From positions 4,223 to 68,222 of the forward strand of contig JAHELB010000003.1 of the NCBI GenBank assembly GCA_024644385.1: a stretch of DNA of 64,000 bases, read 5' to 3'. The translations under genes were made by a program, and so were the position numbers. Each line of letters begins with the position of its first letter. Positions within the stretch are counted from its first letter, which is position 1. Below, piece after piece: positions 44,768-54,736 of the stretch. Source of the DNA: Nitrosopumilaceae archaeon. Its GTDB lineage: Archaea > Thermoproteota > Nitrososphaeria > Nitrososphaerales > Nitrosopumilaceae. The notes beneath the pieces are model-generated. The model saw only the letters and a program-made list of their open reading frames with translations. It ran no database searches and was not told the DNA's origin.

Positions 44768-45879
44768 AGACTTTTCGCTAACTCTAATTTTTGTGGTAGA
44801 TACTTATCGGTGATGTTTGTTAACCCGTACTTTGAAAATGCTTCCAACTCTGCTTTTCGTTTTAACCGTAAAAATACTTCCAACTCTTTTTTCCATATTC
44901 CATCCAGATATCTAGGATCTTTTTGTAGATCATAACATCTCTTAATGTCTGATTCAGTCATTGGGATAGTAGGGAGTTTATATTTTTCAATATCAGTAGC
45001 CCAAACACCAACCCATTTTGCGTCAGGAACGGTTAGTTCTCTAAGGTGTGCTGCATTTGCAGAACCTGATTTGATTACCATCGCTATGTGTTCTCCATAC
45101 ACATCACCGTCTGTTAGAATAATAACTGGTAGATTCATTTCATCATGTAATCGTTTCAAAAGAGTTCTGGTAGAACGCGGAGCTTGCCCTCCAGTATTAA
45201 TAATAATTGACTTGAATTTTTTGTCAACTTGCTCTTCAACAAATCTAGTAAACAAGCCACCTTTTTCAATGGCGATTACAATCTCTGCACTGGTATCAAT
45301 TAATTCGGCTGTAGTTAAGCTAGGACCTATTGCATATCCATCTGGATGATTAGATAAATTCATAGATTTTCCTTCGTATCCGGGAATGGTATATTCTATG
45401 TTCAAATCACCAAAAATTGAACTACGTTCTTCAGGAAAAATATGAAAATCTTCTCTAGGTCTGGATGTTACAGCCTCTAAATCTACGATAATATTATCAG
45501 ATTCACTCTGGTCCTCAAAATCAATTTCAAATGCTTGAGATGAATAATAGATATCTCTTAAGGTTGATGATTTTTTTTCATTTGTTAATCTATTGGCAAA
45601 AAATGCTAACCACATCAATTGTGTAAATGATCTTAATTGAGAAGTATTTCTTGAGCTCCTCACAGCACTAGAAGTACCCAATATGTATTGTCGAAGTTTT
45701 TTATCATACACAATGTTACTTACGGATCTACTCGGAATCGAAAATTTAGGAAATTGTCCCTTGTCTAGATCTTCATATATTTTAGCACCGTGACTTTGGA
45801 GCATCTCAAGAATATTCTTTTGTTTTTCTAAAGCTTTTTTACTTGCTGCCTTTATTTTATTTTCAGTTTTTTTGCTCAT
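44764..45879 (-). CDS. top6A: DNA topoisomerase VI subunit A (Spo11-like)
   Basis: Winged-helix region with the catalytic Tyr (RDIYYS) and a TOPRIM (IAIEKGG...ILTDGDVYG). Confidence 0.95.
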   Translation of the reverse strand: MSKKTENKIKAASKKALEKQKNILEMLQSHGAKIYEDLDKGQFPKFSIPSRSVSNIVYDKKLRQYILGTSSAVRSSRNTSQLRSFTQLMWLAFFANRLTNEKKSSTLRDIYYSSQAFEIDFEDQSESDNIIVDLEAVTSRPREDFHIFPEERSSIFGDLNIEYTIPGYEGKSMNLSNHPDGYAIGPSLTTAELIDTSAEIVIAIEKGGLFTRFVEEQVDKKFKSIIINTGGQAPRSTRTLLKRLHDEMNLPVIILTDGDVYGEHIAMVIKSGSANAAHLRELTVPDAKWVGVWATDIEKYKLPTIPMTESDIKRCYDLQKDPRYLDGIWKKELEVFLRLKRKAELEAFSKYGLTNITDKYLPQKLELAKSL

Positions 45880-47710
45880 TTTCTATTGGTTTCTCCTCTT
45901 GTAATATTTTTTGGAAATTAGGTTCTTTTTTCTTCCCTGCAAGTTCTGTACAAAATTGTGCGATTAAAGGAATGTACTTTGCATAAAGATTTGCTCTCTT
46001 TTTTGCAGCTTCTACTTGACCTCGTTTATTCATAAAAACAGATAATTTTCTCGCCATGAACTGAATTGCTAATTTAAGTTCTTTTTCAATTTCTTGTCTA
46101 TCTGCAACATTTTCCTTTCCCGCTGTTTTGTATGGGATTCTAGTAGAACAGATATGGGAGACAATTACCAAGGGAGGATCCCCCTTTGCTTTATAACGGC
46201 TCCAATCAATATCATTAATTACTTTTAGGACAACATCACTTCCTTCATCGTAGAGTAAAGGAATACGGTTTGCAAATCGATAAACCTTGATTCCACGGGT
46301 ACTGATTTCACCACCGTATGCAATTCCCATCTCGACGACAAAAGGAAATCCAGAATAAGCAGAAGCATTACGCTGGATCACGGTAAGAAAATCAGGTTTG
46401 AAAAATTTCTTCATTCCTTTCTCAAGAGGCTCTTCGCCAAGTGGAGCTAGGCAGCTTGGATCAGGACCCATAAAGTCCTCAAATTTTTGTAAGGAATCAC
46501 TAAATTTGGCAAGTTCTTGGTTAGTCATAGTTCCCACACGTTTTTCAGGCTTGAATCCTGCAAATTCTGCAAATTTTACGGCAGTAGTGGGACCAACCCT
46601 TTGGAATTTTTTTGACAAAAAGGAAGTTAATGTTTCTCCTTGAACGGTGTTGGTTAATTGTTTGTAGTATTGACTTTCTGAATCCATTTCTATTGATTTA
46701 GATGTAGAATCTCCAAAATCCCAATAAAATAATTTTTTGTTTGGAACATCTATATCTTCAATTCTAATTTTATTTAGTTTTTCAAAATCCATTTTTAGAA
46801 ATGACATTAATGCGATTACAACTCTAACTTGTCTTGAAAGATTTTTCCAACGTTTTTTAGCTTTTTCCATTATCGCTGTGAAACTTAAACTCTTTTTTGA
46901 AAGACCCAGATCCTTTCTTACTTTTTCTATCATCGCATCATCAATCGTCGGAATTTCAAACTGAGATTCAACAACCATTCTTCTGATGGTTTCAACATCA
47001 GTTCCATAAGGGTGTGGTTTGATTATAGTGGGGGATTTAGGCATCATGTTGATCATTCGAGGGTAATGGAATTTTTCTCCTTTAGGATCATCAAAAGTAA
47101 TCGACGCATATGGAGTAATCAGAGATGTTTGATAAACATAATCTCTAATTTTCGATCCAGCTTTTGAATAATCACCTTCAAGAAAAATACTAACCGAAAG
47201 ACCTTGTCTTGCAACTTCTTTTGTTTTGTGTTTCAAAATAACTGGTTTATTCTTTTGAATATCAAGTAACATCTCATATTCGTGTAATAATTTTCCATCG
47301 GTAGAACTTTTGACTGTTACAGGTTTGTTTGTGGTAATTTGTCCATAAAGAATTGCCATGGTTGCACCTAAACCAAACATTCCTCTTGCTTGTTTCAATC
47401 CAAATTTAGAACCATAAAGAACTGTTCCAAATGCTAATGGAACATGTTTTGACTCAATTCCAGGTCCATTGTCCTTGACACTTAAAATGTATTGTTTTGG
47501 GTCAGATTTTTCAGGATCAACTGCCTTTATTGTCAGGTGAATATCAGGAAGAATTCCCTTAGCATCGCACGCATCCAGACCATTTTCTACAAATTCCCTT
47601 ACTGCTGTATATAATGACCTCGAGGGATTACTAAATCCAGCAAGATCTCTATTTCTATAGAAGAATTCACTTGGGGAGATTTGGTTAAATTTTTCCTTAA
47701 TCGAAGACAT
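45863..47710 (-). CDS. top6B: DNA topoisomerase VI subunit B
   Basis: GHKL ATPase motifs (ENGLDA, DNGPGI, GMFGLG). It overlaps top6A in an operon. Confidence 0.95.
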   Translation of the reverse strand: MSSIKEKFNQISPSEFFYRNRDLAGFSNPSRSLYTAVREFVENGLDACDAKGILPDIHLTIKAVDPEKSDPKQYILSVKDNGPGIESKHVPLAFGTVLYGSKFGLKQARGMFGLGATMAILYGQITTNKPVTVKSSTDGKLLHEYEMLLDIQKNKPVILKHKTKEVARQGLSVSIFLEGDYSKAGSKIRDYVYQTSLITPYASITFDDPKGEKFHYPRMINMMPKSPTIIKPHPYGTDVETIRRMVVESQFEIPTIDDAMIEKVRKDLGLSKKSLSFTAIMEKAKKRWKNLSRQVRVVIALMSFLKMDFEKLNKIRIEDIDVPNKKLFYWDFGDSTSKSIEMDSESQYYKQLTNTVQGETLTSFLSKKFQRVGPTTAVKFAEFAGFKPEKRVGTMTNQELAKFSDSLQKFEDFMGPDPSCLAPLGEEPLEKGMKKFFKPDFLTVIQRNASAYSGFPFVVEMGIAYGGEISTRGIKVYRFANRIPLLYDEGSDVVLKVINDIDWSRYKAKGDPPLVIVSHICSTRIPYKTAGKENVADRQEIEKELKLAIQFMARKLSVFMNKRGQVEAAKKRANLYAKYIPLIAQFCTELAGKKKEPNFQKILQEEKPIENEQKN

Positions 47711-48269
47711 TTTGATCTTCCCACAGTTTCATTTTTTCTTGTTTGCTTCGTCTATTTGCTGCTTCTAATTTGTTGTAGACAGTTCCATGCATACTACCAT
47801 TTGATATTGACGAAATTGCATTTACCGTTAATCGTAGTTTGTTAGGTTCTCCAATTATTGAAACAGTTTTTCCATATATCGAGATTAAGGTACCAGTTAA
47901 ATTTTCCATGTTTCGTCTAGCCTTACCACCTTCTCCAATAAGTCTCCCTTTAATTCTTTCAATATTCCCACTTGATTTTCCTCCAAATTCTGTCAAATTA
48001 ATAACATGTAAAGTATTTTCTCCATTTATCAAAGTCATTGCATTTTCTGGTGAGAAACCTCGACCTATTGCAGTAACAATTTCCATAGCCTTGAATGGTT
48101 CAACTTTTTCAACATCATCGGTGGATTTAATTAAAACTTCTCCAGTTTCACCATTAACATCTAAATTCACAAAACAAGTTTGTTCAATCTTAGATTTAAC
48201 AGAACCAGACTTCCCAATTAAAACAGCAATTCGATCATTGGGTATTCGAATTAGTTTTTCAAAGATCAT
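47697..48269 (-). CDS. KH-domain RNA-binding protein (Dim2/Pno1-like)
   Basis: Two KH-like GxxG segments (IGKSG, IGEGGKAR). It lies downstream of the RIO kinase, as in other archaea. Confidence 0.8.
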   Translation of the reverse strand: MIFEKLIRIPNDRIAVLIGKSGSVKSKIEQTCFVNLDVNGETGEVLIKSTDDVEKVEPFKAMEIVTAIGRGFSPENAMTLINGENTLHVINLTEFGGKSSGNIERIKGRLIGEGGKARRNMENLTGTLISIYGKTVSIIGEPNKLRLTVNAISSISNGSMHGTVYNKLEAANRRSKQEKMKLWEDQNVFD

Positions 48270-49045
48270 GATATCATTTCCTTTAACACTTTTGTGGGAT
48301 CATTAACAGGGATTCCTCGTTTAGAAAAGAATCGGGTAATGTTATTAATATCTCTTTTAAGAAATTCTTGTGCATTTGGATGGCGAAGATCCACTGCGGA
48401 TCCTAGATCAAATAAGACTAACCCAGTATCAGTTTTAAAAATATTATATTCTGAAAAATCTCCATGAACTAATTCTGCTTTTGTATATAGATTTTTGATT
48501 AGTGAAATTGCACTATGATAATCATTCTCATCAATTTGAGATTCCAGTAAAACCTTGCAGGGAGACCCGTTTTTACCCACAAATTCCATTGCTAATACAT
48601 TATTTGTGACATGAATAGGTCTTGGAACAGATATTCCACAATCATAACACCGTAAAAGATTTTTAAATTCTTTTTTTGCCCATAGATAAACCAAATTTTT
48701 TGTACCTTTTTTTATTTTTGAAAATCTTGGATCTCCAAGAATGTAGGCTTCTCTTTTTTTGAAATTTGAGGTACTTACTAGATAAATTTTCAATGCAACA
48801 TCAATGTTATTTTCATCTACAGCCCAAAAAACAACAGATTCTTTTCCGGCACTTATTGAGCCGTTAACATAAGCAATAATATGATCTTTGATTAACTTGT
48901 ACAAAGTCATAACAGTTGGTTTATCTAAAACCTCGTTGATTACCTTGCCTTTCTTAAAACCATCTTTAAGTTGTTTTTTTCTTGTTTTAGAAAAGATTTT
49001 TTCATCAAGTTTCGATTCTAATTTTCTGCTAATATCATCTTGCAT
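48266..49045 (-). CDS. rio1: RIO-type serine/threonine protein kinase
   Basis: GSISAGKESVVF, LVHGDFSEYN and DLGSAV motifs. Confidence 0.9.
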   Translation of the reverse strand: MQDDISRKLESKLDEKIFSKTRKKQLKDGFKKGKVINEVLDKPTVMTLYKLIKDHIIAYVNGSISAGKESVVFWAVDENNIDVALKIYLVSTSNFKKREAYILGDPRFSKIKKGTKNLVYLWAKKEFKNLLRCYDCGISVPRPIHVTNNVLAMEFVGKNGSPCKVLLESQIDENDYHSAISLIKNLYTKAELVHGDFSEYNIFKTDTGLVLFDLGSAVDLRHPNAQEFLKRDINNITRFFSKRGIPVNDPTKVLKEMIS

Positions 49046-49142
49046 TAATTGGTTTTACCCGCACTAGATAAAATGGATTTCTTTGATTAATTAAAGGTTA
49101 GTGAGTTCATCTACAATAAAATTTCAAATTAAATAATAATTA

Positions 49143-49439
49143 TTACATTTTGAAAACAATTAGAAATGGAATTCCTCCAACGGTTTTAACAGCAGTTTCG
49201 GAGCCAACCCCTAATTCTAAAGAGAGTGAGATGGTATCTTTTCCAACCATGTTGATTATTGAAGAATTTTTTAGTAAATTTTTTGCTTCATTATGTTCAA
49301 TTATTTTTTCACCGTAGTAGCTCTTACTAATTTTCATGTTTAATTGATCTTGAACAATGGTTTTTCCTAAAAGATCAATGTCACAGATATTTAGCATTTG
49401 ATTTTTTTGGTATTCAGAAATTTTAACTGAAAATCGCAT
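49143..49439 (-). CDS. DUF424 protein
   Basis: MLNICDIDLLGKTI... is typical of DUF424, and the gene sits next to aIF2-beta. Confidence 0.6.
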   Translation of the reverse strand: MRFSVKISEYQKNQMLNICDIDLLGKTIVQDQLNMKISKSYYGEKIIEHNEAKNLLKNSSIINMVGKDTISLSLELGVGSETAVKTVGGIPFLIVFKM

Positions 49440-49861
49440 TATGCATATTTACCTTTTAAGGTTGATTTTGCACCACAAGCTTCACAAATTAAAAAGGAAA
49501 TTCTGTTTTCTTTTACGATTTTAGTGTCTGGACTTTTACATGTGGGGCATTCGAGATAGTCTTTGACATAAATTTGGAAGAGGCGCGTAAAATCATCAGG
49601 GGCTCGTCTGCCCACAAACATAGCTTTATCCCCTAAACGTTCAGCAGGAACTGCAAATTCTTTTGAAAGGTATTGTAGGACTTTATCGGGATCTCTACGA
49701 AGAACCTTTGGAAATTCTGAGAAATTCCGGAGATAAGTTTTTTGACCTTCCCACATAACATCAACAACTGGTAATTCAAACCTAGCCTTTGATCCTTTTT
49801 TAGTATCGCCTATTTTATCTTGAATTCTTTTAAGTAGAATTTCATAGTCGGACTTTGTCAT
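49439..49861 (-). CDS. eif2b: Translation initiation factor 2 subunit beta (aIF2-beta)
   Basis: YEILLKRI... with the C-terminal zinc ribbon CPTCKSPDT...CEACG. I prefer the ATG at 49861 over the TTG at 49882. Confidence 0.9.
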   Translation of the reverse strand: MTKSDYEILLKRIQDKIGDTKKGSKARFELPVVDVMWEGQKTYLRNFSEFPKVLRRDPDKVLQYLSKEFAVPAERLGDKAMFVGRRAPDDFTRLFQIYVKDYLECPTCKSPDTKIVKENRISFLICEACGAKSTLKGKYA

Positions 49862-49928
49862 ATATGGTCGTTGTAGGGCCAACCCTATATTGGTTTTTGA
49901 AAAAGAGGAATCCTGTGGATTTTTAAAC

Positions 49929-50075
49929 TTATTCCATTTTTCCTATTCGGAAAACATTAGTCCCACATTTAGGACAGGTACCTTTTACGGCAGGACGTCC
50001 ATTCTTTAGTTTAGTTTCTTTAGGATCTTTGATGTCCCTTTTAGCTCTGCATTTTACACAATATGCTGTTACCAT
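49929..50075 (-). CDS. 48-aa zinc-ribbon protein (DUF5679-like)
   Basis: Below the ORF cutoff. Translation is MVTAYCVKCRAKRDIKDPKETKLKNGRPAVKGTCPKCGTNVFRIGKME. Confidence 0.55.
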   Translation of the reverse strand: MVTAYCVKCRAKRDIKDPKETKLKNGRPAVKGTCPKCGTNVFRIGKME

Positions 50076-50325
50076 TCTAAGACAAGTCAATCCTTGTTCT
50101 ATTTAGGAAGAGGCTGTGAAAATTATTTAACCACAGGCTAGATGGTTGTAAATTTTTTATCGATTTAGGAAAGAAGAATTCCAAAAAAATCAATAAAAAA
50201 TGAAAAATCTTTATTTTTTTATGAGATAATTCCATAACAATAAACTTTTTTTTATTTTTTTTATACAAAATAACAAATTTGGAAAAATTACCAATTATAA
50301 ACACCCAAAAAGAACAATTCTTAAA

Positions 50326-50823
50326 ATGGCTTCAAAAAAAGGGATTGCAATCACTATCATAATCCTGATAGCCATTACAGCAGCAAGTTTCCTTTTTTGG
50401 TTTCTGCCTCAGGAAAGCCAATTTTCATTGATTACAACAGATCATGGGAATTACCTTGATGGAACAAAAGAAATTCACTTTATTCTAGAACAAACCATCT
50501 CTACAGAGTTTCAAAAACTAAAAGATGGAGAAATATCTCCAGATGAGTATCTTCAAATTGCTGATGTTACGTCCTCACAGATTTCCACTCAAATAAGTGA
50601 ATTTGTAATCTCAAAACCACCAAATGAATGGCAAGATAGTTACATTAGTTATTTGGAGGCTTTTAAAAATTTCAATTCTTATGTAATCGAAACCAAAGTC
50701 TATGCTAATTTAATCAAAGAAGGAAAAACAGATCAATTAGAGCAATCCTTAACCAAAATTCAATCCTTTTTGGATGAATCTAACAGATTTATAGAAACGT
50801 CAGATAATTCTCGACCCAAATAG
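50326..50823 (+). CDS. Membrane-anchored hypothetical protein
   Basis: N-terminal TM helix, then a helical soluble domain. Confidence 0.55.
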   Translation: MASKKGIAITIIILIAITAASFLFWFLPQESQFSLITTDHGNYLDGTKEIHFILEQTISTEFQKLKDGEISPDEYLQIADVTSSQISTQISEFVISKPPNEWQDSYISYLEAFKNFNSYVIETKVYANLIKEGKTDQLEQSLTKIQSFLDESNRFIETSDNSRPK

Positions 50824-50893
50824 CCTCAGACCTAATAATAATAATTTGACTTGTTGGAAATCGTTAAAAAGTAATTTTGTGATAATAAAACCA

Positions 50894-52039
50894 ATGTCTC
50901 AAAATTCAAACAGGGTAGAGAAGGATGTTAGTCAATCAACCTCCAATAAGCTTCTTGTTATTTGCATAGATAGAGACAACGATGTAGGTGAAAAAGCAGG
51001 AATAGTTACACCCGTCATTGGGCGAGATGCCTGTATTGAAGCAGCTCAAAGATTGGCTTTGGAGGATCCAGAAGATGCCGATTCTAATTCAATTTTTGCT
51101 GCAATTAAAACATATGAAGATTTGATTAGTAAGGGTTACCAAGCTGAAGTAATAACAGTAGCTGGGGTTAAAAGGAAGGGAGTCCAAGCAGATGAAAAAA
51201 TACTTGAGGAAACCAAGAAAGTTTTAGAAAATTTTCCTGCAAATGGAGCAGTTATAGTTTCAGATGGTGAAGACGATGAAAGTGTCGTACCAGTAATTCA
51301 AAATATTCTCCCTGTAATTTCGGTTCAACGAGTAGTAATGAAAGTTAGTAGAAGTGTAGAATATTCGTATGCTGTTTTTGGAAAATATCTAAAAATGATA
51401 GCATACGATTCCAAATACTCCAAATTTTTCTTGGGAGTTCCAGGAATTCTTTTGTTAATAGGAGGAATTGCCACCGTCGTTGGCTATACCACAGAAATTA
51501 CTGCTGTGTTAGTAAGTATTTTGGGCGGTTCTCTTCTCATTAGGGCTTTTGATATCGATAAAGCTTGGTCTCATATGGTAAAACCTACACCGATGGGATT
51601 CGTTAGAATTTTCACCATGGTAGCAGGGGTTTTGTTAATTTTATCGTCTATACCAGCTGGTATTAATGCAGTTGATGAAAAGTTGTTAGAATCCGAAACT
51701 GAAATCCTTTCAGTTGTCTCCAACAAAGTAATAATTGGACAATTTATCTCAGGTGCTTTGCCTATTTTGTGGATTGGGTTGGGGGCTATTTTCGCGGGTA
51801 TGTTACTTAGTAATTGGATTGGAGGAATTCCACGACAAATTAGCGATGTGCTAAGAATAGTGGTCTTGATAGCTTTGTATCCCACCGTATTTCAATTTAC
51901 AAATACAATGATAAATGATGAGAGTTCGTTTAGTTTAGTCCCACCTTTGCTAGGAGGCCTTGCTATTACTTTGATTTCAGCCACGATTTTATTCAAGAAA
52001 TACAGAAAGCAAAAGGACCAAGAAATGGTCTCAGATTAA
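50894..52039 (+). CDS. DUF373-like integral membrane protein
   Basis: Soluble N-terminal domain (LLVICIDRDNDVGEK...) followed by ~6 TM helices. I prefer the ATG at 50894 over the TTG at 50846. Confidence 0.6.
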   Translation: MSQNSNRVEKDVSQSTSNKLLVICIDRDNDVGEKAGIVTPVIGRDACIEAAQRLALEDPEDADSNSIFAAIKTYEDLISKGYQAEVITVAGVKRKGVQADEKILEETKKVLENFPANGAVIVSDGEDDESVVPVIQNILPVISVQRVVMKVSRSVEYSYAVFGKYLKMIAYDSKYSKFFLGVPGILLLIGGIATVVGYTTEITAVLVSILGGSLLIRAFDIDKAWSHMVKPTPMGFVRIFTMVAGVLLILSSIPAGINAVDEKLLESETEILSVVSNKVIIGQFISGALPILWIGLGAIFAGMLLSNWIGGIPRQISDVLRIVVLIALYPTVFQFTNTMINDESSFSLVPPLLGGLAITLISATILFKKYRKQKDQEMVSD

Positions 52040-52272
52040 ATTTAGAGTCAGATAATGAGTTAATTTTTTTAAAAAAACACTGATATTTTCAACCCTGTAA
52101 TGAAAGACTGGTGATTTAGATAAACAGAATAAAAGATACCGTTTTTCAATTTTCTGGGTTATACAAGATTTATTCTAAAAAACTAGAAAACGAGATTAAA
52201 AATGGGGATATTCCAAACCATGTTGCCCTAATTTTAGATGGAAATAGGAGATGGGCAAAAAGACATCTTGCC

Positions 52273-52911
52273 ATGACAAAAATAGGCCATTGGAAGGGAG
52301 CTGACGCAGTAGAAAACTTGTTAGATTGGTGCGAGCAGCTTGACATCAAAATTATTACTCTATATGCTCTCTCAGTGGAGAATCTAAACCGGAACGACAA
52401 AGAATTACAATATCTTTTTGAATTAATTCGTTTAAGGCTAGAAAAATTGTACAAAGATCCTCGAATCCACAAAAATAAGATGAGAATAAAAGGAATAGGG
52501 AGAATTGAACTTTTACCAGAACCGATCAAAGAAATCCTGCATAAATTGGAGCAGTCCACAAAAGGATATGATAGTCATTTTCTTAATATAGCATTAGCTT
52601 ATGGTGGACAACTTGAATTGGTTGATGCGGTAAAAAAAATTGGAGAAAAAATTAAGGAAGGATCTCTCAAAATTAATGACATTGATAAGAAAGAAATTGA
52701 ATCGAATTTGTATACATCACATTTACCACAATCATCTCCTGACATGATTTTAAGAACTTCGGGAGAAAAAAGGTTGAGTGGGTTTCTAATGTGGCAAAGT
52801 GTTTATAGTGAATTAGTTTTTATGGATATTTTTTGGCCAGAGTTTAGAAAAATAGATTTAATGAGAGCCATTAGGACTTATCAAGAACGAAAAAGGAGAA
52901 TTGGAAAATGA
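52273..52911 (+). CDS. uppS: Undecaprenyl (cis-prenyl) diphosphate synthase. Conserved coding sequence continues upstream to ~52129 without a canonical start codon.
   Basis: In-frame upstream sequence encodes LYKIYSKKLENEIKNGDIPNHVALILDGNRRWAK, the catalytic N-terminus. Downstream motifs are ALSVENLNR and RTSGEKRLSGF. See the corresponding finding. Confidence 0.85.
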   Translation: MTKIGHWKGADAVENLLDWCEQLDIKIITLYALSVENLNRNDKELQYLFELIRLRLEKLYKDPRIHKNKMRIKGIGRIELLPEPIKEILHKLEQSTKGYDSHFLNIALAYGGQLELVDAVKKIGEKIKEGSLKINDIDKKEIESNLYTSHLPQSSPDMILRTSGEKRLSGFLMWQSVYSELVFMDIFWPEFRKIDLMRAIRTYQERKRRIGK

Positions 52912-53327
52912 TCGAAGAGACATCAGCAGGTGTTGTTTTATTTAGAAAAGAAAATGAAAAAATTTTGTTTTTACTACTTCATTATCCCTCAGGGCATTGG
53001 GACTTTGTAAAAGGAAAAATGGAAAAAGGAGAATCAGCAAATCAGACGGCAATTAGAGAAACTGAAGAAGAAACAGGGATTATTGATGTAAAATTTTTAG
53101 AAAACTTTGAAGAATGGATACAATATAATTTTCAATATCAAGGAGAGATTGTTAATAAAAAAGTGGTTTTTTTTCTTGGAGAAACAAAAACTAAGGACAT
53201 AAAAATTTCTAATGAGCATATAAATTATACCTGGATGGATTACGCAACTGCTATGGAAAGAACAACTTTTGATAACGCGAAAACAATTTTGTCAAAATCT
53301 TATAAACTACTTTCCAAAACTTTGTAA
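52908..53327 (+). CDS. Nudix hydrolase
   Basis: Nudix box GKMEKGESANQTAIRETEEETGI. Confidence 0.85.
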   Translation: MIEETSAGVVLFRKENEKILFLLLHYPSGHWDFVKGKMEKGESANQTAIRETEEETGIIDVKFLENFEEWIQYNFQYQGEIVNKKVVFFLGETKTKDIKISNEHINYTWMDYATAMERTTFDNAKTILSKSYKLLSKTL

Positions 53328-54053
53328 TTGTAAATTCTTTGCAACCTCAACTGGGTTTTTTGCATTTAGAATTGTTCTACCCACAATTAAATAATCAGAC
53401 CCGGCAGAAACTACTTCCTTAGCATTTCCTCCCTGGGTTCCAACTCCTGGAGAATATATCTTCAATTTTTTTCCGGCCTGTTTTCGACAAAACGAAATAA
53501 TTTTAGGAAAAGTTGCCCCTACAACAATGCCATCAACCTTGGACTTTAAGGCCCAATCAAGAAACAGTTGGTATAGTAGTTGCTTTTTTTTTAATTTAAT
53601 TTCCATATCATATGTTAATTTAGCCTCAGGGGCGCTCATATGGCAGAGGGTGATTACACCCTTTTCCTTTTTATGGCAAATTTTTACTAGATTGTTTAAA
53701 CTATCAAAACCCATAATGGGGTTTGCAATAATTGCATCAAATCCCAAGTTCCACAAATTTTCTGTTGTTATTCTATTTGTGTTTCCTATATCATTTAGTT
53801 TGATATCTGCAATTGTTTGTAAACCATATTTGTGAGCTGTTTTGTTAATTTTACAAATTTGTTTCGATCCAAGTGGTAATAACAAATGAAAATTAAGTTT
53901 AATTCCACAAAGAAATGGATGAAGATTTATTATATTTCGGATTGTTTTTGATTCTAAATTTTTTATTGAATGGTCATAATCATTTGCAAGAATTACCTTA
54001 CCATTGCTCTTTGAGATTTCTGAAATTCTAGTTTTGAAGGTGGCCATAATCAA
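53307..54053 (-). CDS. pyrF: Orotidine 5'-phosphate decarboxylase
   Basis: VILANDYD, ADIKLNDIGNT and a C-terminal GSDYLIVGR. Confidence 0.8.
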   Translation of the reverse strand: MIMATFKTRISEISKSNGKVILANDYDHSIKNLESKTIRNIINLHPFLCGIKLNFHLLLPLGSKQICKINKTAHKYGLQTIADIKLNDIGNTNRITTENLWNLGFDAIIANPIMGFDSLNNLVKICHKKEKGVITLCHMSAPEAKLTYDMEIKLKKKQLLYQLFLDWALKSKVDGIVVGATFPKIISFCRKQAGKKLKIYSPGVGTQGGNAKEVVSAGSDYLIVGRTILNAKNPVEVAKNLQLQSFGK

Positions 54054-54687
54054 CTAGTGGATGAGTATCTTTTAGTTTTATAATTTTCACATATGAATAT
54101 CCATGTTCGGATGGACTATTAACAAAAGTTGGATCAGAATTATTATTTGAAAATTTTAAAAATGGTTTTTGAGGATCCTCGCCAAGTACAACATGACAAA
54201 AATATGATGTTCCTTCTTCATTAAAATTCATGAAGACTCCTATTAGCCATTTTTCGTTGCGAGGAAATAAAAACAATGGGAACGGATTTTCATCAAACCC
54301 CCAAGTTAACTTTGCAAGACTTGCCAAATCTTCAAGTTCTATAGGTTGGTATCTATCAGCAGTTCCATTTCCAGGGCGCAAGGTTTCAGGGAGTGATTTT
54401 ATGCGAACAATTGGAGAATAAAGTTTACTAGCATCTGATGTGGAATCTACAATTTCTGTCTGTTCTGTTTCACCCCTAAACGCATAACAAAGATAATGAC
54501 CATTATGTTCAAGCGGAGTGTAATATACAATTGGTTTTTCTTTTAGTATATCCATTTGTACTGATAAAATTTTTCTCCCCTCATGATCATGAAGAAATGA
54601 AATACGTGGGGCTCTCTCCAATGCACAAACAAGTCTAGAAAATTCTAAAGTCGATGAAACTTGAATGTATCGAGGTAGTTTGTCCAC
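54028..54687 (-). CDS. Hypothetical protein
   Basis: ORF only. It overlaps the pyrF start by 26 nt, suggesting co-transcription. Confidence 0.55.
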   Translation of the reverse strand: MDKLPRYIQVSSTLEFSRLVCALERAPRISFLHDHEGRKILSVQMDILKEKPIVYYTPLEHNGHYLCYAFRGETEQTEIVDSTSDASKLYSPIVRIKSLPETLRPGNGTADRYQPIELEDLASLAKLTWGFDENPFPLFLFPRNEKWLIGVFMNFNEEGTSYFCHVVLGEDPQKPFLKFSNNNSDPTFVNSPSEHGYSYVKIIKLKDTHPLVDYGHLQN

Positions 54688-54736
54688 GAAAGTTTTTTGT
54701 ATTATACTAAATTAAACTTACCCAAACTTTTTCAGG

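Noticed and set aside
52170-52559. 129-aa minus-strand ORF overlapping the uppS 5' region
   Set aside because: The plus frame encodes the conserved DGNRRWA catalytic segment. The minus ORF has no features.
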